Virus record (IMG/VR): IMGVR_UViG_3300020005_000001
Length of the DNA: 42,405 bases
Source of the DNA: a virus
Strand: one strand, 5' to 3'
Both the position numbers and the translations under genes were made by a program. Shown one piece after another: positions 17,448 through 25,326 of the stretch; positions within the stretch are counted from its first letter, which is position 1; every line of letters starts with the position of its first letter. The notes under the pieces were generated by a model. The model did not search any database, was not told where the DNA came from, and saw only the letters and a list, made by a program, of their open reading frames with translations.

Positions 17448-18214
17448 TCGGAGCCTTTCGCGTGCCGCTTACCGCAGACCTGACAAATAGACGGCTGTGA
17501 CGGATCGTGTTCGTATCCACCAACGAAGTCGTGCGACTGCGCGGCGCCGTCTGGTTGCGGACGTCGCGGAGATCCAATCGGTCCAGATGCGGCAGATCCG
17601 ACGCTGGCGCGTAACCGTACGTTCTCCTGTTGTGCCTCCTGGAGCTGTAAGGAGAGACGGGAGACCTCAGCCTGTAGCCGTTCTCTCTCACGGCCCCATT
17701 CCTGAGCTCGCAACCTCGTCCACTCACGTTCGTTCTCCACGTCCTCCCGTGCGGGGATCCGCGTCTCCTGAACCGATGATGCGAGTTCCGCAGCCGCATG
17801 CCGTGCATCACAGTGGCCCATCTGATAGGCACGCTCCACGGACGTGATGCCCGCGAGCGTTGGCGTGCTCGGCAGATTCATGATCTGCTGGTGCAGGGTT
17901 GTCGGCTCGTCCTTCGACGGAGGGGGAGAGGACGACGACGAAGGCGTATGCGCGGACTCCGGTGCGCCCATCGCGGAGGGCGTTGCCCCCGCGGGGTCGA
18001 TCATTGCTAGTTCGCGCAGCGTGCCGACCTCAGCGACCGTGGCTTCAATGCGACCGGCAACGGCCCGCAGTTGTTCACTGACAAAGCGGCGATCCGCCCA
18101 GTGCGAAATGTCGGAGCCGTGCGTATCAAGTTTCTCAGCCCACTGGCGAAGCCGGTCAGAGTCCAGCATCGTGATCGCCAATCCAAGATCGTCCCGTGTC
18201 TTCCGTCTCATCAT
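17444..18214 (-). CDS. Mosaic family member B (256 aa), coiled coil with a C-terminal CxxC.
   Basis: DPAGATPSAMGAPESAHTPSS; LQLQEAQQENVRLRASVGSAASGPIGSPRRPQP. Confidence 0.6.
   Translation of the reverse strand: MMRRKTRDDLGLAITMLDSDRLRQWAEKLDTHGSDISHWADRRFVSEQLRAVAGRIEATVAEVGTLRELAMIDPAGATPSAMGAPESAHTPSSSSSPPPSKDEPTTLHQQIMNLPSTPTLAGITSVERAYQMGHCDARHAAAELASSVQETRIPAREDVENEREWTRLRAQEWGRERERLQAEVSRLSLQLQEAQQENVRLRASVGSAASGPIGSPRRPQPDGAAQSHDFVGGYEHDPSQPSICQVCGKRHAKGSE
17553..17615. repeat. About 65-bp repeat R2, copy 1 (roughly 80 percent identical to 19616..19681).
   Basis: Aligned by eye: ggttgcggacgtcgcggagatccaatcggtcc... against ggttggggacttcgcggagatcccgtcggtcc... Confidence 0.7.
17950..17993. 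repeat. 44-bp repeat R1, copy B.
   Basis: gcgcggactccggtgcgccc...ggcgttgcccccgcg. Confidence 0.8.
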
Positions 18215-18274
18215 CGCTCGCAGCCTTTCATCGGTTGACGCGGAGATCCTGTCCGTCCCATAGATGACCGCACG

Positions 18275-18691
18275 CTAGCGCGCCTCGGTCTTCTCTTCGT
18301 CTTCGTCGATCCTTTGTCGGGTGACCCGGAGACTAGACGAAGACGATTGATCCGCGGAGCCGATCGCCGGTGTGCCTACCGACGACTGGACACGCGCGGG
18401 GACGGCCTTGCCTTTCTCCGACTGCGCCTTATAGAGCGCGTCCACCTTCGCGATAAGCAGCATCGTCGCGGCCTGCCACCGGCCCGCATTCATCGCCGCG
18501 AAGAGATCCTCCTCATAGTTCGAGAGACTTGGCAGCCGCCCAGCCATCCGTAAGCCGCCGACGTCCAGCGTCCGCACCTCAGAATCAGTCGGCATGGACG
18601 CCTCCGCCATACACCACGTTAGATGCGGATGGCCGTGACGTGCCGACTTCCGATTCAGCGATCCGCACCGGCATTCTTGCTTTTCTCGCAT
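18275..18691 (-). CDS. Hypothetical protein (138 aa) carrying 30-bp repeat R3 near its 3' end.
   Basis: ORF 18275..18739 trimmed to ATG 18691. C-terminus ...SLRVTRQRIDEDEEKTEAR. Confidence 0.5.
   Translation of the reverse strand: MREKQECRCGSLNRKSARHGHPHLTWCMAEASMPTDSEVRTLDVGGLRMAGRLPSLSNYEEDLFAAMNAGRWQAATMLLIAKVDALYKAQSEKGKAVPARVQSSVGTPAIGSADQSSSSSLRVTRQRIDEDEEKTEAR
18304..18333. repeat. 30-bp exact direct repeat R3, copy 1.
   Basis: cgtcgatcctttgtcgggtgacccggagac is identical at 18767..18796. Confidence 0.9.
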
Positions 18692-18695
18692 CGTC

Positions 18696-19451
18696 TCAAT
18701 CCTTTCCCGTGATGGCTGCGGGTTGCGGCGGTGGATCAACGTCCACCATCTCAGATCGCGTCAAAGCGTCGATCCTTTGTCGGGTGACCCGGAGACGGGC
18801 GGCGGCGAGATCGGCCGCACACTCGAGATAGCCTTCAGCATTGCGCGGCTTCAACTGTCCCGTGTAGTAGTCACCACGTTTGCGCCATTTGGCTTCCAAC
18901 GTCTCGATCGCCTCGTCTTGTGCCGTCGTCAGGGCGGCGATGGCGGATTCGGCTTGCTCGGCTCGGATTAACTGACACTTCCCGCAAATGGTTCCATTCG
19001 GGATGCCTGGATGCTGACCGCAGCCGTCTCTCTCTTTCGCTTGAAAAGCAAGAGCCTCTTCCAACGTCTCAATCCCCATGTGCAGCAATTCGCACCGAGT
19101 CTTCAACGTGGCGATCTCCTGCTCCTTGGCGGCGAGGGCGGACGTAAGTTGTGCAATCAGAGCCGACGAAGAGTCATGCGCGGACTCCCCCTGTGCTTCC
19201 GCCACCAGCGTTGCCCCCGCGTCCTCCATCTGCTGTCCTTCGTCGCCGGAATCGAGCAGCACCATGCCGCCTTGCCCCATCAGGTTGCCGCTGCGATACG
19301 CCCCATGAACGCCCCAATCGTCAGGGCCGACCGCGGCGTAAGTGATGGAGCCTTCGAGCGAATCACCTTCGCTGATTGAGTCGGCCATGTGCCGAAGGTG
19401 CGCCATCAGGTCGTGCGTGCTCATCGCAGGATTTCGCGGCTTCGTCGTCAT
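18696..19451 (-). CDS. Mosaic family member C (251 aa), coiled coil.
   Basis: Trimmed to ATG 19451 (GGAGAGGAA RBS; ATGA overlap with the upstream micro-ORF). MEDAGATLVAEAQGESAHDSSS; ...ARLRVTRQRID. Confidence 0.6.
   Translation of the reverse strand: MTTKPRNPAMSTHDLMAHLRHMADSISEGDSLEGSITYAAVGPDDWGVHGAYRSGNLMGQGGMVLLDSGDEGQQMEDAGATLVAEAQGESAHDSSSALIAQLTSALAAKEQEIATLKTRCELLHMGIETLEEALAFQAKERDGCGQHPGIPNGTICGKCQLIRAEQAESAIAALTTAQDEAIETLEAKWRKRGDYYTGQLKPRNAEGYLECAADLAAARLRVTRQRIDALTRSEMVDVDPPPQPAAITGKD
18767..18796. repeat. 30-bp exact direct repeat R3, copy 2.
   Basis: Identical to 18304..18333. Confidence 0.9.
19178..19221. repeat. 44-bp repeat R1, copy C (most diverged in the centre).
   Basis: gcgcggactcc...agcgttgcccccgcg. 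Confidence 0.7.
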
Positions 19452-19603
19452 CGCTCGGTTCCTCTCCGCTGGATCTGGATGTTGTTCCCCCAGATGGCCA
19501 AGGCCACACCGAGCGCGATGCGCCAGTCGCTCCAATAGACCAGCAGCATTCCGACCGTGCCAATCACCGCGCCGACCCATAGACGAGCGACGTAATCAGT
19601 CAT
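19448..19603 (-). CDS. Two-TM membrane microprotein (51 aa), not in the ORF track.
   Basis: Hand translation: MTDYVARLWVGAVIGTVGMLLVYWSDWRIALGVALAIWGNNIQIQRRGTER. Its stop overlaps the next ATG (ATGA). Confidence 0.5.
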   Translation of the reverse strand: MTDYVARLWVGAVIGTVGMLLVYWSDWRIALGVALAIWGNNIQIQRRGTER

Positions 19604-19611
19604 TCGGATCC

Positions 19612-19953
19612 TCATGGTTGGGGACTTCGCGGAGATCCCGTCGGTCCCGATGCGGTAGACCCTACGCTAGCGCGTAGTAACTCGTGCTCTTTCTGCAAGT
19701 TCGAGAGGGCGGCGGAGACGGAGGCGAGCTGATCGGCCCCCGCACGCCAGCCGGATAGCCAGACTTCTCGATAGTCCTCGCGCACATGCGGTGGATCGGG
19801 TGCCTGTTCCCGCTGTCGTATCTCCGATACCGTGAGGGACGGCGACGAAAGATTTTGAGCGGACTCCGGTGCGCCCTGAACCAACGGCGTTGCTCCCGCG
19901 TCCAGTATCTCGGGTTCTTCGTCCTCGCGGTCGCGCCAAATCATGTCCACCAT
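19612..19953 (-). CDS. Mosaic family member D (113 aa).
   Basis: ILDAGATPLVQGAPESAQNLSS ... LLRASVGSTASGPTGSPRSPQP. Start taken at ATG 19953, just after the upstream stop. Confidence 0.55.
   Translation of the reverse strand: MVDMIWRDREDEEPEILDAGATPLVQGAPESAQNLSSPSLTVSEIRQREQAPDPPHVREDYREVWLSGWRAGADQLASVSAALSNLQKEHELLRASVGSTASGPTGSPRSPQP
19616..19681. repeat. Repeat R2, copy 2.
   Basis: See 17553..17615. Confidence 0.7.
19857..19900. repeat. 44-bp repeat R1, copy D.
   Basis: gagcggactccggtgcgccc...ggcgttgctcccgcg. Confidence 0.8.
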
Positions 19954-19954
19954 G

Positions 19955-20200
19955 TCAGAACTCGTCCATGCTCTTGAGATACACCGTGCGACTCTGGACA
20001 CTCAACATCCGATCCAGATTCCGCTGATAGCCCACCACAAACTCCGCATCCGTGGACACCGCCCACCAGCTATCACTCGGTCCCTTCGGCTTCGGCTCGA
20101 GGAACCGTCCCCCAATGACCGTCCGCTTCTGGTGGCGGATGTTCTCCAACTGTGCCGCACTCCGTCGATAGGCTTGATTCGGTCGTGATCCACCATGCAT
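19955..20200 (-). CDS. Hypothetical protein (81 aa).
   Basis: ORF track; balanced composition. Confidence 0.5.
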   Translation of the reverse strand: MHGGSRPNQAYRRSAAQLENIRHQKRTVIGGRFLEPKPKGPSDSWWAVSTDAEFVVGYQRNLDRMLSVQSRTVYLKSMDEF

Positions 20201-20201
20201 G

Positions 20202-20477
20202 TCAAATTCCTTTTTCCGCGATGGGTCGGGCGTCGGTGTCTCGTGGCGGCGTGGCTACCGCGCCGCGCGTCCTGCCCGTCCAGCGAGGGGTGTATTCATC
20301 ACGCCACCGAGGCACGCGACACCCGATGTCCTCTAACACCTCAAGGTCCCGCCGAATCGTCCGATGATGCACCTTGAACTCCACCGCCAGCGCCTTCACG
20401 CTCGGATAGCGCATCCCTTCCACTCGACGCCAAAGAGCTAAGACACGACGCAGCGTGGCGTTGCGACCGGGATTCAT
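20202..20477 (-). CDS. Winged-HTH transcriptional regulator (DeoR/HTH_11-like).
   Basis: LRRVLALWRRVEGMRYPSVKALAVEFKVHHRTIRRDLEVLEDIG. ATG 20477 in an ATGA overlap. Confidence 0.55.
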   Translation of the reverse strand: MNPGRNATLRRVLALWRRVEGMRYPSVKALAVEFKVHHRTIRRDLEVLEDIGCRVPRWRDEYTPRWTGRTRGAVATPPRDTDARPIAEKGI

Positions 20478-20785
20478 TTCAGCAACCTCTCGACCCACCC
20501 TAACGCCTGCCCGGTATCAACCTGGTGCGTCGTCACCCGAAGCACCCGCCAGCCCGCCAGCAGCGCCTCCGCGAACTTCTCGCAGTCGTTGGCGACCCCA
20601 GCCCCTCGGGTATGCCGGCCAGCCGTCCAGGTCGCCCCGTCCACCTCCACCGCAATCGACTTGTCCGGCCACGCCCAATCAAACCGCCAACGGCGGGTCG
20701 GATGAAACCGGAACTCCGCGACCGGCTTCGGCAAGCCCGCGAGCTGCACCTGACGATCGAACGACAACGATCCGCGTCGGCTCAT
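20474..20785 (-). CDS. PD-(D/E)XK endonuclease, Vsr/DUF559-like.
   Basis: GLPKPVAEFRFHPTRRWRFDWAWPDKSIAVEVDG...GWRVLRVT is the typical pattern of this family. Confidence 0.6.
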   Translation of the reverse strand: MSRRGSLSFDRQVQLAGLPKPVAEFRFHPTRRWRFDWAWPDKSIAVEVDGATWTAGRHTRGAGVANDCEKFAEALLAGWRVLRVTTHQVDTGQALGWVERLLK

Positions 20786-20842
20786 CGTGTCCGCCTCAGC
20801 GCCTTCATCTGCATCGAAAACGACGACGCCTTGACGCGCGGG

Positions 20843-21073
20843 TTACGCACGAGAGGCTTGCGCTTTCTTCTTACCGCGTTGGGGGCTCTTGCTGACCCGC
20901 CACGTTGATGACGTAGCCGTGACACGAATCGTGTCTGCTCCACCCTTGCAGTCAGGCGACACCGAGCGATGCAGCGTCGTGATGATGTCTGCGCCGCGGT
21001 ACACACCTTCGTCGCTACGGACATCGCTGCCGCCTGTGCAGCCACACATACCGCAACGCCAGTCGAATCTCAT
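20843..21073 (-). CDS. Small Cys-containing protein (76 aa).
   Basis: ATG 21073 in an ATGA overlap. Preferred over the Arg-rich ORF 20782..21045. Confidence 0.4.
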   Translation of the reverse strand: MRFDWRCGMCGCTGGSDVRSDEGVYRGADIITTLHRSVSPDCKGGADTIRVTATSSTWRVSKSPQRGKKKAQASRA

Positions 21074-21273
21074 GACACGTTCTCCCACGGCTTCCAGCCC
21101 TGTTCGACCATGCGGGCCTTAATCCATTCGCGCGCTTCCCGTCGTCCCGCTTTCCATCCGCTGCGATACCCTCGGATGTAGTCGTCTGACCGCTTCACGA
21201 AGCGCCGTCGCACGCTTCCACCCTTCCGGCCCGCTGCTGAGGCACGGGGATCGCCCTTGATGAAACCCTTCAT
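21070..21273 (-). CDS. Basic hypothetical protein (67 aa).
   Basis: ORF track; ATGA-coupled. Confidence 0.5.
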   Translation of the reverse strand: MKGFIKGDPRASAAGRKGGSVRRRFVKRSDDYIRGYRSGWKAGRREAREWIKARMVEQGWKPWENVS

Positions 21274-21623
21274 GACGCCTGCGCCTTCCCGGCGTCAAGT
21301 TGCTTTCGGATGTGATGGCGCATCTGACCTTCACAGACCCCGCCGTGCATCACCTTGCACTCGTCAAACCAGTCCGCGCCGGCCGCCCTCGTCACGCGCA
21401 CGGCATATTCATCCATCCAACGGCCCTGCGTTAAGAACGTCGTCGGGTGGCACCAGTCGGCATACTCCGGCTTGTGCGCGGTGTACGCCGCGACCCCTTT
21501 GAGGATCTCCCCAGCACTGGCGATACGTCGCGCCTTCGCATATGCCTTTTGCGCCGCGATCTTCCCAACGCGCCGCGGGTAGGCGTTCCAGAAGTCGTCA
21601 AATTCTCGCGTCCGCTCGATCAT
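21270..21623 (-). CDS. Conserved phage protein (FDDFWNAYPRRVGK family).
   Basis: The motif F..FW..YPR..GK..A.KA is common in prophage early regions. ATG 21623 has a GAGG RBS. Confidence 0.6.
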   Translation of the reverse strand: MIERTREFDDFWNAYPRRVGKIAAQKAYAKARRIASAGEILKGVAAYTAHKPEYADWCHPTTFLTQGRWMDEYAVRVTRAAGADWFDECKVMHGGVCEGQMRHHIRKQLDAGKAQAS

Positions 21624-21988
21624 GAGAACCTCTACCACCCGTTGTGGTTCGCGCGTTTTTCTGTACTGCGACAGACACCCCGGCCATTCCTCTTAGGGAT
21701 CGTCTCTGCGCCGCCGCGAGCATGCCGGTTCCTCAAACCGAAAGAAGCTCATCGCCCCTCGTCTGTGTGTTTCAACGCCTTCGCGTCGTCCCTGTAAGTT
21801 GGGGTTGCAGGCCGGTCGCATTGCCCCACACACAAACCGCTCGTCAGGGTCCTGGCTATCACGGCCAGTCGGTCACACGTTTCAGGGTTTCAACCTGCGG
21901 AGTGTTTGCCTTCAGACGCCCGACACATTCCGTCGTCTCTGCGTGGGGGCTGCTCTTGTCATGCGCTCAGCCCTCAGCGCGGTAATGC

Positions 21989-22483
21989 CTACGCTTTCTT
22001 GAACGGGTGGTACCTCGCAGCCACAACGCCGCCAGCGTCACGAATAGCTTTTTTCCTTTGCTTTAGGTCTTTTTGGTAGGTGCGAAAGCACGTCTTACAC
22101 TTACGACCAGTCTTCCTATGAAACGTGTTCTCTGCCGTGAACTCGTGGCCCTGAGCGCAGTGAGTCCAAGCGGCCCGACCGTTGTAAGTGCGGCCCTTCG
22201 CACCACGGTCGTCCATGTTGTCCTGATACGTGCCGGTGAACAGATGGGCAGGATTCACGCACTGCGGGTTATCGCAGTGGTGGCAGACAATCAGCCCGTC
22301 TGGAATCGGCTGGCCGTTATGGAGCTCCCACGAGTAACGTGACGCGAGATACCGGCGTCCGTTAGCTATGAATTGGCCGTATCCTTTTGCAGATGTGCGA
22401 GAGCCGAGCCATAGCCAGCACGAGTCAGTTTTCTGGACTTTCGTCCAAAATCGTTCTTCCGATGTACGATAGCGATTAGCCAT
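21989..22483 (-). CDS. HNH homing-type endonuclease (HNH_3-like), in a low-GC island.
   Basis: ERFWTKV..CWLWLGS..KGYGQF..ASRYSWELHNGQPIPDGLIVCHHCDNPQCVNPAHLFTGTYQDNMDD. ATG 22483 has an AAGGAG RBS. A/T-rich codons, unlike the neighbouring genes. Confidence 0.8.
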   Translation of the reverse strand: MANRYRTSEERFWTKVQKTDSCWLWLGSRTSAKGYGQFIANGRRYLASRYSWELHNGQPIPDGLIVCHHCDNPQCVNPAHLFTGTYQDNMDDRGAKGRTYNGRAAWTHCAQGHEFTAENTFHRKTGRKCKTCFRTYQKDLKQRKKAIRDAGGVVAARYHPFKKA

Positions 22484-22555
22484 GCCGCCTGCTCCTTCTA
22501 GCAGTGGGTGTGGTAGGAGCGCGGAAGGTGTTGAACGCACCAACTGCGCTCCGCT

Positions 22556-22584
22556 ATTATCGCACGTTCGTGTAGAATTACTAA
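22556..22584 (-). promoter_or_regulatory. Candidate promoter for the HNH gene (TTAGTA - 17 nt - GATAAT).
   Basis: Read on the minus strand inside the 105-nt gap upstream of the HNH gene. Weak -35. Confidence 0.3.
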
Positions 22585-22588
22585 GCAT

Positions 22589-22876
22589 TTATCGCAATTC
22601 GAAGCCGTTCAGCGAATGGCCGCGCAGGATCGGCGTCTCCTCTTGCGGCAGTGCGACAATCGCGTACTCGCTGATAATGAATCCGCCCTCGCCCACCTTG
22701 ACCCACCGCTGGCGGTTGTGGACCGTCAACCCTCGTGGCTTCAGGATGGGTCGCGCTTCGCTACAGGCAGTTCTCCACGCGTACTTCCCGCCAGGTCCCT
22801 GGAGCGCCGCACCGTCGACGTAGACGCCACGGCCTTGACGTTCTAGAAAGGCGATGACACGTTCGGCGCGGTTCAT
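22589..22876 (-). CDS. Hypothetical protein (95 aa).
   Basis: ORF track; ATGA-coupled upstream. Confidence 0.55.
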   Translation of the reverse strand: MNRAERVIAFLERQGRGVYVDGAALQGPGGKYAWRTACSEARPILKPRGLTVHNRQRWVKVGEGGFIISEYAIVALPQEETPILRGHSLNGFELR

Positions 22877-23025
22877 GGCTTAGCCTTCGTCCGCTTTCGA
22901 GTTTTAGGCGATGGCCTGCCATCGGCGTGATTGACCATGTTGCGTTCCCACCGGCCGCAACAGCCACGACACCACGCGACGTGACCGGGATTCCGCCAGC
23001 CGCATTTACAGATCCAGAGCCTCAT
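22873..23025 (-). CDS. Zinc-ribbon microprotein (50 aa).
   Basis: MRLWICKCGWRNPGHVAWCRGCCGRW...; ATG 23025 in an ATGA overlap. It is the tail of the spurious ORF 22873..23295. Confidence 0.5.
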   Translation of the reverse strand: MRLWICKCGWRNPGHVAWCRGCCGRWERNMVNHADGRPSPKTRKRTKAKP

Positions 23026-23489
23026 CGGTGATCCTTCTCCGGGGCCAACACCCCCGGCCAAATCTCTCGAGCCACTTCCACCCACCGCGGCCCACGACGC
23101 TCCAGAAACGCCAAGGGTCCATCCGCCTTCTCTGGGCTCAGATAGAGCACCTTGCGGTCCCCTGAGTGCAACGAGCCCGCCCCCTGGTGACAACAGACAC
23201 GCACCATCAGAGGCGCGCGGGAGCGGATCGTTTGCGGATCCCCGCCCATGCCCTTGTGCGTGAGGTGGCCGACTTCCGGCCGGGACCGCCGGCACAATTC
23301 CTTGGTCTCTGGCGTCAGGTGCGGCCAGCGGCAGTGCCCGTCCCGTTTCCGGACCTTGGCCTTCTCGGCGTCCTCGCGGTGGTCCGCTTTCATTTTTCGG
23401 ACGATGCGGGCCAGCTTGGCCGCTCCGCGTGACGGCTTCGCGCCGACACAGACTAACGGAAAGCGATAGCCAGGAACGTAGGCGTCCAT
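23022..23489 (-). CDS. HNH-like nuclease (tentative).
   Basis: RDGHCRWPH...EVGHLTHKGMGGD...VCCHQG resembles the HNH/Cys pattern. Confidence 0.4.
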   Translation of the reverse strand: MDAYVPGYRFPLVCVGAKPSRGAAKLARIVRKMKADHREDAEKAKVRKRDGHCRWPHLTPETKELCRRSRPEVGHLTHKGMGGDPQTIRSRAPLMVRVCCHQGAGSLHSGDRKVLYLSPEKADGPLAFLERRGPRWVEVAREIWPGVLAPEKDHR

Positions 23490-23707
23490 TACCGCTTCAA
23501 CTCACGCTGAATACGTGCCTGCGTCTCCCGCTGGAGCTCGGTCGCTTCCCTACCTCGGAACACCGGCTCCAACGGCTCGGCGTCAATGGGCCACGGGTCG
23601 GTCTCCGCGCCGCACTCTGGACAGGGATTGCCGGTCACCATGTCGTCGCACATGGGGCAGAAACGTTTCTTCATGGCGATCCTCTCTCGGTAGAACTGGC
23701 GGATCAT
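23489..23707 (-). CDS. Zinc-ribbon protein (72 aa).
   Basis: CPMC...CPEC. Confidence 0.55.
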   Translation of the reverse strand: MIRQFYRERIAMKKRFCPMCDDMVTGNPCPECGAETDPWPIDAEPLEPVFRGREATELQRETQARIQRELKR

Positions 23708-23896
23708 CTAACTGGCCTTCCGCTGGTGAAGTTCCGCCTTAACCAGTTCCCGGCATCGCTCCGAACAGAACGCGCCCACGCGCGCCAAGGTGCAGACGAA
23801 ATACATCGTCTTGCCGCATCCGGACCGCTCGCACATCTCCCCGCGGCGCTCGCGGCCGTCTTGTCGGTTATACGGATCGCGGTAGACGTCGCTCAC
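23708..23896 (-). CDS. Small Cys-rich protein (62 aa), GTG start.
   Basis: ORF track; GTGA overlap at 23893-23896. Confidence 0.45.
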   Translation of the reverse strand: MSDVYRDPYNRQDGRERRGEMCERSGCGKTMYFVCTLARVGAFCSERCRELVKAELHQRKAS

Positions 23897-24402
23897 GCTG
23901 CGGCGCCCTTCTCGCGGCGCATCGTTCCGCGCGCATCACGCTTCGCCTCTCGGAGTGCGGCGCGCTCGCGTTCCTTTTGCACGTCCTCGCCTTGTTCCTC
24001 GAACGTCAGCCCGCCGAACTCCTGCCAGAACAGCCTGACGTCGTCGACGAACTTGCAGAAGCGGCTCACCTTCATGCCGGACGTGCGCCGGACCACCTCA
24101 AACTCGATCATTTCGCCCGTGGCCGGGTTAATACGGCTGATCGTCTCCGTCGTGAACCGCGCACACATCTCGTCGTGGATGTCCTCTTTCGATTGCCCGG
24201 TGTAGTCGTGGACCACGTTGTAGACCGGACCCCAGAGGTAGCGATTCGCGGCGCTCGACCGCTTGGCTTCCTCCGTCTCGATCGTGAGCGTTGCGTCGCA
24301 CGTCGGCCACGTCTTGAGGGCCGCATCGAGCGCCTTCCGGTCAACGTCGATCCGGCCCTTGTGGACCTTCACGCTGATGGCGAACGAGAAGCCCTTAGCC
24401 AT
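23893..24402 (-). CDS. NinB/Orf-like recombination mediator (tentative).
   Basis: KRSSAANRYLW... and RTSGMKVSRFCKFVDDVRLFWQEFG parallel lambda NinB RSLDQNRKLW / STSRMRVGEFAELLELIQAFG. Confidence 0.5.
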   Translation of the reverse strand: MAKGFSFAISVKVHKGRIDVDRKALDAALKTWPTCDATLTIETEEAKRSSAANRYLWGPVYNVVHDYTGQSKEDIHDEMCARFTTETISRINPATGEMIEFEVVRRTSGMKVSRFCKFVDDVRLFWQEFGGLTFEEQGEDVQKERERAALREAKRDARGTMRREKGAAA

Positions 24403-24669
24403 CTACGCTGACCGCCCCTCGGCTCTGGCGATAGCTCGGTCGATCCGCGCACGGGCTGACGCTGGGATAGCTGAGCGCCGACGGTCTTTCCGACAATCGT
24501 TATCGGCGTCCCGCACCATCACGAGCGCGTCGTACAGGTCCTCAGCGAACGTTTGGATATGGCCGGCGATCCAGTTCTGCTCCTGGTCCTCAAGCGGATC
24601 GCGCATCGCCATCGATTCGGCCATGTAGCGGACGACGCCAGCGCCCAGCGGATAGTCGGTGTCAGCCAT
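24403..24669 (-). CDS. Hypothetical protein (88 aa).
   Basis: ORF track. Confidence 0.55.
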   Translation of the reverse strand: MADTDYPLGAGVVRYMAESMAMRDPLEDQEQNWIAGHIQTFAEDLYDALVMVRDADNDCRKDRRRSAIPASARARIDRAIARAEGRSA

Positions 24670-25326
24670 CTATGCCGCCACGCCGGCCGACGCCAGCACC
24701 TTCTCGACTTCGGCATCCACTTCAGACAGGAACAACGTGACGGCCAGCTCGTAGGCGACGAGGTCCAGATCGGCTCGGTGGATACGCACACGGACCAGCT
24801 CCAACTCCGGCTTGAAGCGGTCATCGAACGAGCAGAGGTCGCACCACTCCGCGCCGGTCAGCCAGATCGCATGGAGCGCCTGCCCGAAATACTCTTGTCG
24901 GAGCGTGTCCGGCGATAGGAAGTAGTCCAGATGGGTCTGCGACTTCGGCGCCTTCAACTCCACAATGCCCGCGAAGCTGCCTACCTGCCCGTCAGGCGAG
25001 CAGCCCGCTTTCAAGGTGTTGTGCGACACAAAGCCGACGCTGTGCGCCACCAGCCCCGTCAGGGCCTCGTAGGCGGCAAACGCCTGCGGCTCGAGATCAG
25101 CCCCACGCTGCATGTAGTGCGGCAGGAACGGCACGTCATCCACACCCAGCCCGGTCAGCCGTTCGCAGACCAACCGCTTGCGGAGGTCACGACGGACGGC
25201 CAGTTCCCCGGTCCCGCGCTTCCGCTCCTGAATGACCGCGCCGGCACAGGAGCCCGTCAGCAGCCCAACACGAAGGGCGAACCACTCAGGACTCCGTTGG
25301 GCGACTTGGTGCGTGATAAAGCTCAT
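24670..25326 (-). CDS. YqaJ-type (lambda Exo-like) recombination exonuclease.
   Basis: QRSPEWFALRVGLLTGS..., ...CSPDG..., ...VELKAP... PDDEXK pattern. ATG 25326 in an ATGA overlap with erf. Confidence 0.75.
   Translation of the reverse strand: MSFITHQVAQRSPEWFALRVGLLTGSCAGAVIQERKRGTGELAVRRDLRKRLVCERLTGLGVDDVPFLPHYMQRGADLEPQAFAAYEALTGLVAHSVGFVSHNTLKAGCSPDGQVGSFAGIVELKAPKSQTHLDYFLSPDTLRQEYFGQALHAIWLTGAEWCDLCSFDDRFKPELELVRVRIHRADLDLVAYELAVTLFLSEVDAEVEKVLASAGVAA

Noticed and set aside
21624-22876. Group I intron or intein hosting the HNH endonuclease.
   Set aside because: The flanking ORFs (22589..22876 and 21270..21623) are complete, unrelated small genes with their own starts and stops. I could not recognise P3-P8-type intron pairings by eye. 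This remains untested by covariance models.
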